Shown here: positions 22,511 to 33,580 of the stretch, piece after piece
Layout of the letters: each line of letters begins with the position of its first letter
Position numbering within the stretch: position 1 is the first letter of the stretch
Source: Podarcis vaucheri
Taxonomy: Eukaryota
Assembly (NCBI GenBank): GCA_965113315.1
Contig: OZ220363.1
Length of the DNA stretch: 64,000 nt
Direction: 5' to 3' (one strand)
The notes under the pieces: model-generated
What the model saw: only the letters and a program-made list of their open reading frames with translations
Databases searched by the model: none
Told to the model about the DNA's origin: nothing
Translations under genes and position numbers: made by a program

Positions 22511-24522
22511 ACCTGGAGTTAGTGAGGGCCCTGCCCTCCCAGGCCAGGTGGGAAAAGGCCTGCAAGGCAGGGAGCAGGTCTTCCAGGACTCCCAACCATA
22601 ATAATTTCTTGGCAAAGGTCATTTCCCACAGTTCCTGTCATCTGGAACTGGCCTTACCACCACCAGCACCACCACACTGACAGCCCATCCACGGCTTCTA
22701 GCAACTTTTTTGGGCAGGGCTGGGAGAATAAATTCAGCAGATGAAGCTTTTCACACCACTGTATCTCCATGACAGAGAAGCGTTTGCTGCCAAATTTCTG
22801 ATTGGATATACAATGGATTAAGATAGTTGAATTCAGAGAAGTACTGAGAATGATTGCGAAAAGGCAGTTTTTAAAAAGGAGAAAGTTTGGGGTTTTCTTT
22901 GAGATTAATATTACAGGAAGTGCATTTGTTTGGTGTTTAAAATGGCAAAATCTTAAATTTACAGGAGGATTAAGGAGAAACAGGTTAGCAGATTCAGTAG
23001 GTAGGAACTCCACGAAGGAAGTGGGATAATATGCCTTTAAAGTGTAAGCTGCCCTGAGCCTAGAAAGAGCTAGATGTGAATGGGAAATAAGGAAGGAACA
23101 GACAAATATTTACACGGTAGCCTCATGCGTCATAAAGTCAAATATTATGCTCTTTCCTGGCAAGTAGTCCCACATGAATTAAATGGAAAATAAATAAATA
23201 AAATGCACATTCTTAGAAAAAACCAAGAGCAGTAGCATCTGCATTTTCTCCTGGCCCAGACAGGATTGGATGTAGGAGTATGTTCAGCATTCCTTTCTGC
23301 GTATAGGGCACAGTTTGAAGGGAATCCAGATGTGAAGGTCAGCTTCCAGATGTGGGTTGTATTTACTGGATCAGGATTCTCAGCATAGGAAGTGTGTCAG
23401 CACTTTCTTCCACAAGTGGGTGGGGACTGGAACATCATCGCACGCAGGTGATCATTCCACCAGTGCAAGAATCCCCACTTACCAGAGCGAACCATCTCCC
23501 CACACACTGTTCTGGGGGGATATCCTGACCCTCCAGATCTGGATAGTATGGTATGTGTGGGGCACATGGGTGGAGAAGAGGGAGTGAAAGTCCCATTGCA
23601 CTGGCTTATGCAATAACTTAGATTAATCTGTTTCTTTTGTATTATTTATTTACAAAAGAACCAACTCACATGCAATTAGATTAGATTTTTGCAAATATTA
23701 TGGTCAAAAATATTTTACAGCAATTTCAAGACTGCAAAGAGGCACCAATAATGCCCAAGATTGCTTTTTATAATCATTATCATTATTATCATTAATCTAA
23801 TAGAGTAAAGCATCTCTCAAATGAAGGAAAGTCATCATACATAAGAAAGATGCAGAAACTCGGTATGAGGTAAACTGCCACGATACCAGTGTCTTCACCA
23901 TTAAATTGCACAATGAATGAAGAGTATTCTCTTCTGGAACAAAGAAATGGCAACTTGCCTGATTAACCAGTTCACAAATGGGGGGAAAAGAGGTATAAAT
24001 CCTAATGTTCCAACCAACTTACTGAAGCAAAAACTTTGGGTTCTTGATGTACTTATTAGTGGAGCTTAAAAGAAACGGTAGTCAGTGATCCCAGAAGTTT
24101 GCAGAATTGATGCTTCCAAGTGACTGCCTTTCTAAATCTGTTTGCTGCTTGATAAGAGTCTCATTCACCAGCCTAGAAGCCTAAAATGTTGAGCTACAGG
24201 CAGAATCAGCATCCGCTTGCTATCAGCAGGTATGCTCAGAATTCTTAACCCTGATTAAAGGCTGGGAGAGCTGAGAGAGGTGAGAGAGGCTTCACATGCT
24301 TGGATGAAACAGATACTATACAAATTGCTGTGATTAAATCTGAGCCAAGGCCCAGAGGGGGTCCAGTGATAAGACCTGCTTTGACTATCAGGCCTCCACC
24401 TTAAATATGTCAGCAAATAACATTGTACATCTGCATATGCACAGAGTGCATTTCTAGCCCTATTTTTAACACATCTGCCTAGAACATACTTTACTAATTA
24501 AAGTCAACTTACCCTTTGATGA

Positions 24523-24860
24523 GGGACGCGGGTGGCACTGTGGGTTAAACCACAGAGCCTAGGACTTGCTGATCGGTTCGAATCCCCGCGACGGGGTGAG
24601 CTCCTGTTGCTCGGTCCCTGCTCCTGCCAACCTAGCAGTTCGAAAGCATGTCAAAGTGCAAGTAGATAAATAGGTACCGCTCCGGCGGGAGGGTAAATGG
24701 CGTTTCCGTGCGCTGCTCTGGTTCGCCAGAAGCGGCTTAGTGATGCTGGCCACATGACCCGGAAGGTGTACGCCGGCTCCCTCGGCCAATAAAGCGAGAT
24801 GAGCGCCGCAACCCCAGAGTTGGTCACAACTGGACCTAATGGTCAGGGGTCCCTTTACCT
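24523..24860 (+). mobile_element. Sauria SINE
   Basis: GGGACGCGGGTGGCACTGTGGG head, GGTTCGAATCC B box, CCTTTACC tail, duplicated CTTACCCTTTGAT flanks. Confidence 0.9.
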
Positions 24861-25285
24861 TACCCTTTGATCAATATGGGGATCCTTTAGCCCTAGGTAG
24901 CAGCACTGTTGACCTTGGTCAGGCAACGCCATCCTAACTCAAAGAATCAGATCAGTCAAGACAAGCTGATGGCATGTAGTGGTTTGTGGCAGCTAGAGAA
25001 ATCCATCCTTATTGAAATTCTTTTGCCCAAGGAGAAAACACTACAGTATCAGATAAGTGATACTGATTGCCACATTTGGGGATGCTGGGGGTGGGTGTGT
25101 CCTAAAAACTGTATTACAATATGATGCCCAGATGGCAGGTCATATAAATAAAAAGCTGGCTTCCTTATAAGATTTGTCCAACAGCTCCACTATTTCTAAG
25201 GCCTGGTGATTCAGCAAAGTTGATGCACTTAGCTAAAAGATAGCAACAGTTTTCACACATGGAATGAATGTTGTGCTTAGATGTA

Positions 25286-25535
25286 CAGTTGTACCTCGGA
25301 ATTTGAATGCCTTGCGACTCAAAGGTTTTGGCTGCTGAACGCCGCAAACCCAGAAGTGAGTGTTCCGGTTTGCAAACATTCTTTGGAACCTGAACATCTG
25401 ACGCGGCTTCTACAGCTTCTGATTGGCTGCGGGAGCGTCCTGCAGCAAATCAAAAGTTGCACCTTGGTTTCTGAACATTTTGGAAGTCGAATGGACTTCC
25501 AAAACAGATTCCATTTGACTTCCGAGGTATGACTG
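25286..25535. mobile_element. Tc1/mariner (Tigger-like) MITE, family C
   Basis: TIR CAGTTGTACCTCGGAA / TTCCGAGGTATGACTG, TA flanks. Confidence 0.8.
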
Positions 25536-25740
25536 TATTCCTATGCTGCTAGCAAGGGTGAAGCTCTTGGGATGACTGGACTGTTTCTTGGTTAGCATGC
25601 TGCAGGATTGCTAATTGACATAGTACTTTGTGAGTGGATTTGCACATTGCAAACAAGTAAGAGATATGAAGGAGTTACCACTGTGCCCTCTCTTTGTGTG
25701 TCTTCTGCATATCTGAAATACATGAACTCCAGCTTCACAT

Positions 25741-25920
25741 TACAGATAGGTAGCCGTGTTGGTCTGCCATAGTCAAAATAAAAAAATTCCTTCCAGTAGC
25801 ACCTTAAAGACCAACTAAGTTAGTTCTTGGTATGAGCTTTCGTGTGCATGCACACTTCTTCAGATACACACGAACTAACTTAGTTGGTATTTAAGGTGCT
25901 ACTGGAAGGAATTTTTTTAT
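25741..25920. mobile_element. Penelope-like terminal fragment with inverted arm
   Basis: Same sequence family as 295-510. Confidence 0.75.
25830..25867 (-). ncRNA. Minimal type I hammerhead ribozyme motif
   Basis: GUAU-CUGAAGA-A-GUGUGCAUGCACAC-GAAA-GC-UC-AUAC. Confidence 0.72.
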
Positions 25921-25989
25921 TCCAGCTTCACAGTTACACAGAAAGCATGAAAAGAAGCAGCCCGGTGTTTGCGGTCTGGTGCTGCCTCC

Positions 25990-26600
25990 AGTGCCATCCT
26001 CTGTCCCATGGTGTGGCTCCAGTGGTCATCAGGAAACACTATAGGCTCTCCCACTGGCCCCAGGATTCAAATTCACCTGCCTGCAATCTTTGACCAATCA
26101 TGGGTGGACTTGGGGGCATTGCCATGGGGGGGGGCTGAGTCAGACTCCTGGAGTCCTCACTCAAGTCCACTTCCTGAGGAGAAAAAGCCAGGTTGGTCTC
26201 AGCCTGATCTCAGCCAGGTTGGCTTCAGATCTCTCTCCCACCCTCCCATAATTCATTATATAGTGTTCTGCTTTGCAACTGTGGTGTTCCTGGATTGACC
26301 TTGCTATGGTTCTTATGGTCATCGTATTCAGGGCCAGGGAGAAATTTCTCCCATCAGACAAATTGGGCCCCTTCTGAGGGTTTGGCCTTCCTCATAGCAA
26401 CGTCTGGTGCATATGGCATTGGGTAAGTCCCTAGTCTTTGGCAGAAGGGCAACTGTGAGCCTCTGCCCCACCCTTTTGATGATGGGTTTTTCTGTTAGAG
26501 GGATCCATAAGGGAGGTGCTTCTATCCTTGTGCTCAAGGCCAGAGCGCTCCCTGATGGTTTCCCTCGGGCCTCCACCCACCGCATGATGTCACAGACATG
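25990..26600 (+). mobile_element. Ngaro-like terminal-repeat remnant carrying the structured RNA motif
   Basis: GGCATTGGGTAAGTC near 26415 is identical to the minus strand of about 13156-13170; upstream CCAAT and CCCACCCTCCC; motif at 26297-26404; boundaries approximate. Confidence 0.6.
26297..26404 (+). ncRNA. Putative structured RNA element (ENE-like U-rich internal loop), copy 1
   Basis: P1 TTGCTATG/CATAGCAA; P2 AGGGAG/CTTCCT; internal loop AAATTTCT/TTTGG; P3 CCC-TCAGA/TCTGA-GGG; apical loop containing AATTGG. Confidence 0.5.
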
Positions 26601-26757
26601 ACTTACATTACACTGGCAATATCACAGCTTGACTTATTATTTACTAGATTTTTGGGTTGGGATGTGGGTTGCAAAACTGGTTCTTACATTAGAACATTTA
26701 CAGTTTGTGGAGAATATTCTCCAGATAATTTTCTAGCAGAGAATATTCTTGAGAATA

Positions 26758-26986
26758 CAGTGGTATCTTGGGTTAAGTATTTAATTCATTCTGGAGGTCC
26801 GTTCTTAACCTGAAACTGTTCTTAACCTGAAGCACCACTTTAGCTAATGGGGCCTCCCGCTGCTGCTGCTGCGCCACCGCTGCACAATTTCTGTTCTCAT
26901 CCTGAAGCAAAGTTCTTAACCTGAGGTACTATTTCTGGGTTAGCGGAGTCTGTAACCTGAAGCGTATGTAACCCGAGATACCACTG
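26758..26986. mobile_element. Tigger-like MITE, family B
   Basis: TIR CAGTGGTATCT / AGATACCACTG, TA flanks. Confidence 0.85.
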
Positions 26987-27609
26987 TATTCTCATTCTCG
27001 AGAATATTTTCTGGAGAATATTCTCACCTCACATCACTACACAGACACATGCCAGCATCCTCAAATTTGGGCAGAACCCGGCACAAAAGCCAGAAATGGT
27101 TGCTGACCTATGAGCCCATGGCCAGTGTCTTGAAACCGCAGATAGCATGTAGCTCTTGTGAAGATAGCTATACATACTTCCCATCTTCATGTCATTGTTG
27201 CTCATCATTCATCCATTTCTGAATATCAAATTAATTTTCTTTGACCGTATTCCACTAATCTGGCACCTTGAAGCTCACTCTGCTGAATCCCATTCTTATT
27301 CTCAAAAGGGAAGTTTCAGCAGGTTTTTTTTTCTTCAGCCCTAAAACCAGTCCACTAAAACCCAGCCAGTGTGTAGAAATAGATGTCGCTTCATTTGAGA
27401 CACCAAGAAATGGTGTCAGAAACTTTGATACTTTAATAAACTTTAAGAGATGTAAACAGCTCAATGACAGTAGCAGAAAAATCTTCAAAAACTGAAAACT
27501 TAGTTGTACAGGAAACAGTGCAAAGCAGTTTGCGGCCTATTGTAGGATTAAACCTGGCGCAGAAGGGATCTTCATGCAGAAGACACTCTCTACTTGAGAT
27601 AGAAGGACA

Positions 27610-28748
27610 AAAACTGGGAGGGGTAGCTAATGCTGCAGAAGACAGAATCAGGATTCATGATGACAGATTAGAGAACTAGGCCCAAACTAACAAAATGAAT
27701 GTCAATAGGGTTTCACACTTAGGCAGGAAGAAACAGCTGCACAAATATAAGATGGTTTACATGTGAAAAGGATCTAGGGGTCTTCATAGACCACAAGCTT
27801 AACTTGAGTCAACAGTGTGATGGAGCAGCAATTAAAAATAAATAAATCTAATGCTAATCTAGGCGGCATCAACAGAAGTATAGTGTCCTGATCAAGGGAA
27901 GTAATAGTACCACTCTATTCTGCCTTGATTAGACCACACCTAGAATACTGTGTCCAGTTCTGGGCACCACAATTTAAGAAGGATGTTGACAAGCTGGAAC
28001 ACATGCAGAGGAGGGGAACCAAGAGGATCAAGGGTCTGGAAATCAAGCCTTATGAGGAATGGTTGAAGGAGCTGGGTATGTTTAGCTTGGAAAAGAGAAT
28101 AATGATAGGAGATATGAGAGCCATCTTCAAATATCTGAAGGCCTGCCACATGGAAAATGGAGCAAGCTTGTTTTCTCCTGCTCTGGAGGCCAGGACCTGA
28201 TAAATGGATTCAAGTTATAACAAAGAAGATTCTGAACTCAGCATCAGAAAGAACTTCTGACAGTAAGAGCTGTTTGACTATTGAAGGGAGATTTCCAGCC
28301 TGTGGCAGAGGACAGAGTGACTCCAGAAGACATAGGTGTAAAAACCCAAACTCAAACGAAGAGTGACTCCAGAAGACATAGGTGTAAAAACCCAAACTCA
28401 AACGAAGACTTTATTACAAAACAATAAACTCAAACTCTGGTGGGTGTCATTCCTGCAGGCAGGCTACAAAACTCAGCTTTTTCTTTTATAGCAACGGCCA
28501 GCTGCAGCCAATTAATCCCAGAAACTTCTTAAAGGTATACACACATGATTCTGTGCCGAATGTCCCCTAACATTGACAGCAAAAGGGACTCCCTTGGAAG
28601 GTGGTGGACACTCCTTCCTTGGAGGTTTCTAAGCAGAGGTTGTACAGCCATCTGTCAGGGATGCTTTAGCTGAGATTCCTGCATTGCAAGTGGTTGAACT
28701 AGATGACCCCTGGGGTCCCTTCCAATTCTAAAATTCTATGATTTTATG
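27610..28748 (+). mobile_element. CR1 LINE 3' fragment interrupted by a solo LTR
   Basis: [23 protein letters not shown]...[16 protein letters not shown]; ATTCTATG-type tail. Confidence 0.9.
28279..28572 (-). mobile_element. Short solo LTR nested in CR1
   Basis: 5-bp target-site duplication TTGAC; ends TATTG...TAACA; minus-strand TATAAAA and AATAAAG; internal ~47-bp tandem duplication at about 28315-28408. Confidence 0.7.
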
Positions 28749-28809
28749 AAAATGTATGATGTTGGACAAACCGGTTGACTGCCTTCACAACCTTATCAAT
28801 ATTTGTATA

Positions 28810-29365
28810 TATAGAGAGAGCAAATAGGCTGAGCCATGGCATTTTGACTGATGTCTTAAAACTGAACAGTACATGTGGAGCCATTAAAAAAATCAGCAGT
28901 GTCCCAATGGTGCGGCCATTACACCTCAAGATGGATATTCTGGTGGAGAGAAATAAACATTTGGAATTTCCATTTTTTTATGTTTTCAATGCTTTCTTCT
29001 ACCTCCCCCCAGCTAATTTTTCAATGCTATAATGTAGTGAGGAGATGGAAGTTGATTTGTCCCAGAACCGTGCCCATTCATACTGGAGAAAATTAGGCAT
29101 TAGTAGTTATAAATATGAAGAAAGAGGCTGCCAAATATTTTTACTTGATGGTACAAAACAGCCTCATGATTTCTAAGAGACTGGTACAGTTTCTGCAGGA
29201 GGGAAACAAAGCCAGCAGAAAACTAGACATAAATGCTTCTTGATGGACACTTTATGGTGTGAAACCACATGGAATTCCACAGCAGTTGAATGACAATGGC
29301 TGTGGAATATTTGCTTGCAAATATGCAGACTTCATCTCCTGAGATAAGCCCAGTGCATTTGCAGA
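28810..29365 (+). pseudogene. SENP2-like (Ulp1/C48 SUMO protease) processed pseudogene fragment
   Basis: Frameshifted translation MDILVERNK, VFNAFFY, VRRW, VPIHTGEN*ALVVINMKK, WTLYGVKPHGIPQQLNDNGCGIFACKYADFIS*DKP follows the SENP1/2 catalytic domain with no introns. Confidence 0.85.
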
Positions 29366-29994
29366 GTAGTTATTTAAATTATACTGCCACTCAACCAATA
29401 TTTATTTATGTCTGCACCTGGAAATTTTGTTAGGGCTAAGACACAAATTACAGGTTTAAACTTGGTGTTGAATTTGAAAGCTGCCATTGACAGGTAAACC
29501 TCCATAGGAAACTGTAATTGGTCAGAGCTCAGGGATACACCTTGCACTTTCCGACGTGAATGCTGAGAATTCTGAAGGCTGTCCTGAAGACAGGCAGAGA
29601 AAGCTGGAGGAGAGCACAGGCAATGCAAAGGGAAGCAAAGGAACATATGGAAAGCTTCCTGGATGAGGCCAGTGGCCGACCAGATGCCTGTGGAAAACCT
29701 ATAAGCAGGACAAAAGCAGGTTTCCAGCAACTGGGAAGCACTGCATGCATTCCTCTCCATGGTTGGTTTTTGTCCTCCTTTCCCTCCCAATTATCTGCTT
29801 ACCAAAATTAACCACTAAATCTGTAACTCCCATTCATTCAGAGTTTCCTCTCTCTCTTTTTGTCACATACGTTGCTCTCAGTAATTCTTGTTAGCTGCCT
29901 TTCTAGCTTCCTCTGCCTGTCTCTGGGGAAGCCTCCAGAATTCCTTACAGACTGAGCATGGCTACATGTGGCTACTTTTCACATGGCTTCATAG

Positions 29995-30185
29995 CATAGC
30001 TGTCAACTTTCAGATTTGAAAATAAGGGATCAGCAGCCTCAAAAAAAAAAAAAAAAAAAAAAAGGGATCAGCAGCCTCACCTGTCCCGGGGACAGTCTAC
30101 GGGATATCTAACAATCCGGGATAGCAGTGGGAATGACGCAGGAATAAGGGAATTTCCCACAAAAAAGGGAAGGTTGAGAGCTATG
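29995..30185. mobile_element. hAT-type MITE
   Basis: TIR CATAGCTGTCAAC / GTTGAGAGCTATG; perfect 8-bp target-site duplication CTTCATAG. Confidence 0.85.
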
Positions 30186-30251
30186 CTTCATAGACAGGCC
30201 CACCCATGAGGCAAGGTGAGGCAACTGTCTCGGGCTGCAGAATCCACTGGG

Positions 30252-30397
30252 CAGTGGCGTAGCGTGGGTTGTCAGCACCCGGGGCAAGGCAAGTATTTTG
30301 CGCCCCCTAACCTGTGGATTTGCACCCCCTAACCCTAACCCCCAGATGTTGCGCCCGGTGCGGCCGCCCCCCCTGCACCCCCCACGTTACGCCACTA
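30252..30397. mobile_element. hAT-type MITE nested in an older repeat
   Basis: TIR CAGTGGCGTAGCGTGGG / CCCACGTTACGCCACTA; 8-bp target-site duplication CCACTGGG; second copy at 47290-47444. Confidence 0.85.
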
Positions 30398-31740
30398 CCA
30401 CTGGGCATTAGATCCCAGTGTATATCTTTATTCCCACCTTGTTCCTGATGTAGATCTTCATTCAGCCCTTTCTTTCCTGGCGGGGAGTGGGTCCCCTTTT
30501 ATGGGTCACCTCAGGTGACACACATGTCTGGCCGTGTTCACGGGTAGTGAGGATTCAAGGCTTAGACACTAGATTCTACTGTGGAAAATTGCGCCGAGGC
30601 CCCATGACAGCTTCTGCTGCTCCTTCTTCCATTGTGCTGAGATCCAGGAGCAAAACCTAATGAAAAAACCAATCATGTCAAGGGAACCTCACATAATGTT
30701 TTGTTGAAAGAGTCACTGCAGGTTTGGGGGGGGGGAATCCTTTGGACTTATTTCATTGAGATACTGTCTTCAAAGAAAGAGATTCCACACTTGACAAATC
30801 CTATCAGCTTTCTATCATTGCCCTGTGCTATGTTGATTTATGCCTATTCCATTTTGGATTAATTTAATTTGGGTACCACAGGGAATATCTATGCCAAAAA
30901 TTCAATTGGATATAAGTGCATAGTAAGGGACCATTACATTTCTGAAAGTTTGGCTGTCTTTTGAATTAATTTGGTTAAACTTAAATTACCTGAAGCTATA
31001 GTACTGTAGGCCTGTCCAACATGGTTCATATTCAGTTATGTTTTAGCTAGTATTTATTTTCCTATGCAGTGACTAAAACTTCTTTGTATATTTGAAATTT
31101 GTCCCCTGGTGAAATCAGACAGTCATTTCTTCAATTAGAGCCACATAACCTGTTTCTCCCCCCCTTTTTTTTAGTTCCTGTGAGACAACAATGCTGTTCT
31201 AAGGTTTTTAACTAAAATTAATAGACAGTATTTTAAGTGGCATCCAGAGCCATAGCTGGGTGATCTTGTGCCCTTGGCAGAACTATCCAGATTGCGCCCC
31301 CAGCCACAGACAAATTAACTCTTCTTTCCACCTCTCCTCCAAACCTCCACCCATTCAATTAACCCTCTATTTAAAACCTTTTCTTATGAGGCAATAATCA
31401 ATATTTTTATTTATGAAAATATTTTAAAGCTGATTTTGCGCCCCTCCTTTGCCTGCGCCCCTGGCCAGGGCCCACTTCACCACCCCCTAGTTATGGCCCT
31501 GCCTCCATCCCAGAGTATTATAGCTTGATAATAAATAATAATGGATCACCTTTCTCTCAAAATATTGCTGCTCCTGCTTAGTTTGTGATAGACTGCACAG
31601 CACAACAGCCATTTTTAATAGCTGAAATCTTTTAAAAATCTCACAAATCTAATCTTGGGATAGATCCACCAGTGCAGAATGAATAAAAATATTTTATAAA
31701 ATGTTTTCTCTCTTGCAAGCTTCAGGATTTGCATGTGTTA

Positions 31741-32092
31741 AAAAGGTAAAGGGACCCCTGACCATTAGGTCCAGTCATGGCCAACTCTGGGGTTGCGGCG
31801 CCCATCTCGCTTTATTGACCAAGGGAGCCAGTGTACAGCTTCCGGGTCATGTGGTCAGCATGACTAAGCCGCTTCTGGCGAACTAGAGCAGCGCACGGAA
31901 ACGCTGTTTACCTTCCTGCCAGAGCGGGACCTATTTATCTACTTGCACTTTGACGTGCTTTCGAACTGCTAGGTTGGCAGGAGCAGGGACCGAGCAATGG
32001 GAGCTCACCCTGTCGCGGGGATTCAAACTGCCGACCTTCTGATTGACAAGTCCTAGACTCTGTGGTTTAACCCACAGCGCCACCCGAGTCCC
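31741..32092 (-). mobile_element. Sauria SINE
   Basis: Reverse complement of the 24523-24860 family. Confidence 0.9.
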
Positions 32093-32349
32093 TTAGGTAC
32101 ACACTAAATGGTAGCCCAACTAAATGGTAGGTGTAGAACCAACTTCCACTCGTGTGGTGGGCTTTCCCTTCTTCTCTTTCCCTGAAGTTCCCAATACGCC
32201 CTCAGAAATCTGCTCCAGGGGGCTGGGGGAACATTGGGGGTACGCTGGGTGCTGAAGGGAGGAGAGGAAGCAGAATTTGCATTTCCAGGTGGAGTGGAAC
32301 CACTGGTGGTGGGGCCAAGGCAAGATAAAGTTGCAATAATGGCAGGACA

Positions 32350-33085
32350 ACCAACCATGATTTAAACAGGCCACGGTTTTATTGATTAAAGACGTTAGAA
32401 GGCTTTGGCGCAGGCATTGGGGGTGTATCCTGAATCAACTGACCTGTCTGCCGGTTGATTATTTGGCAAGATTACCCAATGTTAAGGATCGCCCTATGAT
32501 GTACATCAAATCAGGGCAACTCCCCCCCCCACATCACGATTTTTGGGGGTGGCATGACCCATCCACCCTCCCTCATCAGGGGTGTCCAGACAGATGCACC
32601 TCCCAGGATCCCTTTAAGGGGATCCCCCGATCCTTTGGAGCGAGACCCCACCCCCTGGCCATTTGGACTAAGGACCCAGGCTTGTCCCCATCAACTTGTG
32701 ACCATGACTACAAGGCAGGCAAAACCCCCAGACAGACCCAATTTGTCTGAAGGCAAATTCTTCCCTGGCCCCAAAGCTGGCGAATAAAGGTTTCCATAGC
32801 AAGGTCCTCTGTGGGAGCTGCCTGCTTGCCCTCGGCCAGCCCTACCACATAAGGAGCAGGGCGGCCGGCCAGGGAAACCAGCGACAACTGAGTTGCGGCC
32901 TGGGTGCCCTGGGCTTCTATAGCCAGAGAGTCTTCCCCCTGGCCAGTTCCCCAAACCATGCCCCATGGCTTCAACTGTGGGTGAGCCCTAGCAGCCAGTG
33001 GGTCCAGCGGAGGAAGAAGGGACGTCTCTCCCCAGCTGCACCACAGCCAGGAGGCCGACCCCGCTTGATGCAGCTGCGCCAGAGC
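32350..33085 (-). mobile_element. Ngaro-like terminal-repeat remnant
   Basis: AGGCCACGGTTTTATTG (minus-strand AATAAA..GTGGCC), AGGCATTGG, and the structured motif at 32700-32806; boundaries approximate. Confidence 0.6.
32700..32806 (-). ncRNA. Putative structured RNA element, copy 2
   Basis: Minus strand GACCTTGCTATG...AGGGAAG-AATTTG-CCTTCAGACA-AATTGGGTC-TGTCTGGGGG-TTTTG-CCTGCCT-TGTAGTCATGGTC. Confidence 0.5.
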
Positions 33086-33133
33086 TCCACTTCTACATTG
33101 AATGAGTGGAAGTCTGTTCTGCTCACAAAACAA

Positions 33134-33580
33134 TAGTGATGAGGGAGAAATAAACTTAGGTTCATATTTTAAAGTGAATTTGCACCGTCCAAAACAGTAC
33201 ACAAACTGAAACACAGCTATCCTTTGACATTTGCACTTTTTTCAGATTTGACAGTGCAGTTCCCCCAACATAAGCTCTGTACAAAACTGTGTGAATTAGG
33301 AGAAAGCGTGCATGAAAATGCATGTATTCCGGAAAACAAAATTTTTAAAAATGTATTATATTAGAGGCAAAATGCTTGCCAAAATGTTCATGTTAGATAA
33401 ACTTCCATACAAAAATGTGTATATTAGGAGAAACTTGCATTTTCATGTTGATGAATTCTCATGGGGATTTTGTCTTCTTCTTTATAATGCAGTTTGAAGT
33501 GGAAATGCGGAAAACAAAACTTCAGACTGGAAAAATAAGGAACTGAGAAAAATGAAAATCGGCAGATTTGTCCATCACTA
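33134..33580. mobile_element. Probable old non-autonomous DNA transposon
   Basis: Inverted ends TAGTGATG / CATCACTA and AT-rich interior; no clear target-site duplication. Confidence 0.45.

Noticed and set aside
24523-24600. tRNA gene (A and B boxes, GGTTCGAATCC)
   Set aside because: Head of a Sauria SINE; no complete cloverleaf. The same applies to the other SINE heads
30025-30080. Poly(A) run flanked by duplicated AGGGATCAGCAGCCTCA as a retroposed insert
   Set aside because: No body sequence precedes the A-run, and it cannot be distinguished from an internal repeat of the MITE with A-tract expansion
30305-30345. CCCTAACCCTAACCC as an interstitial telomere
   Set aside because: Only 2-3 units, lying inside a hAT MITE whose other copy (47290) has a single CCCTAAC
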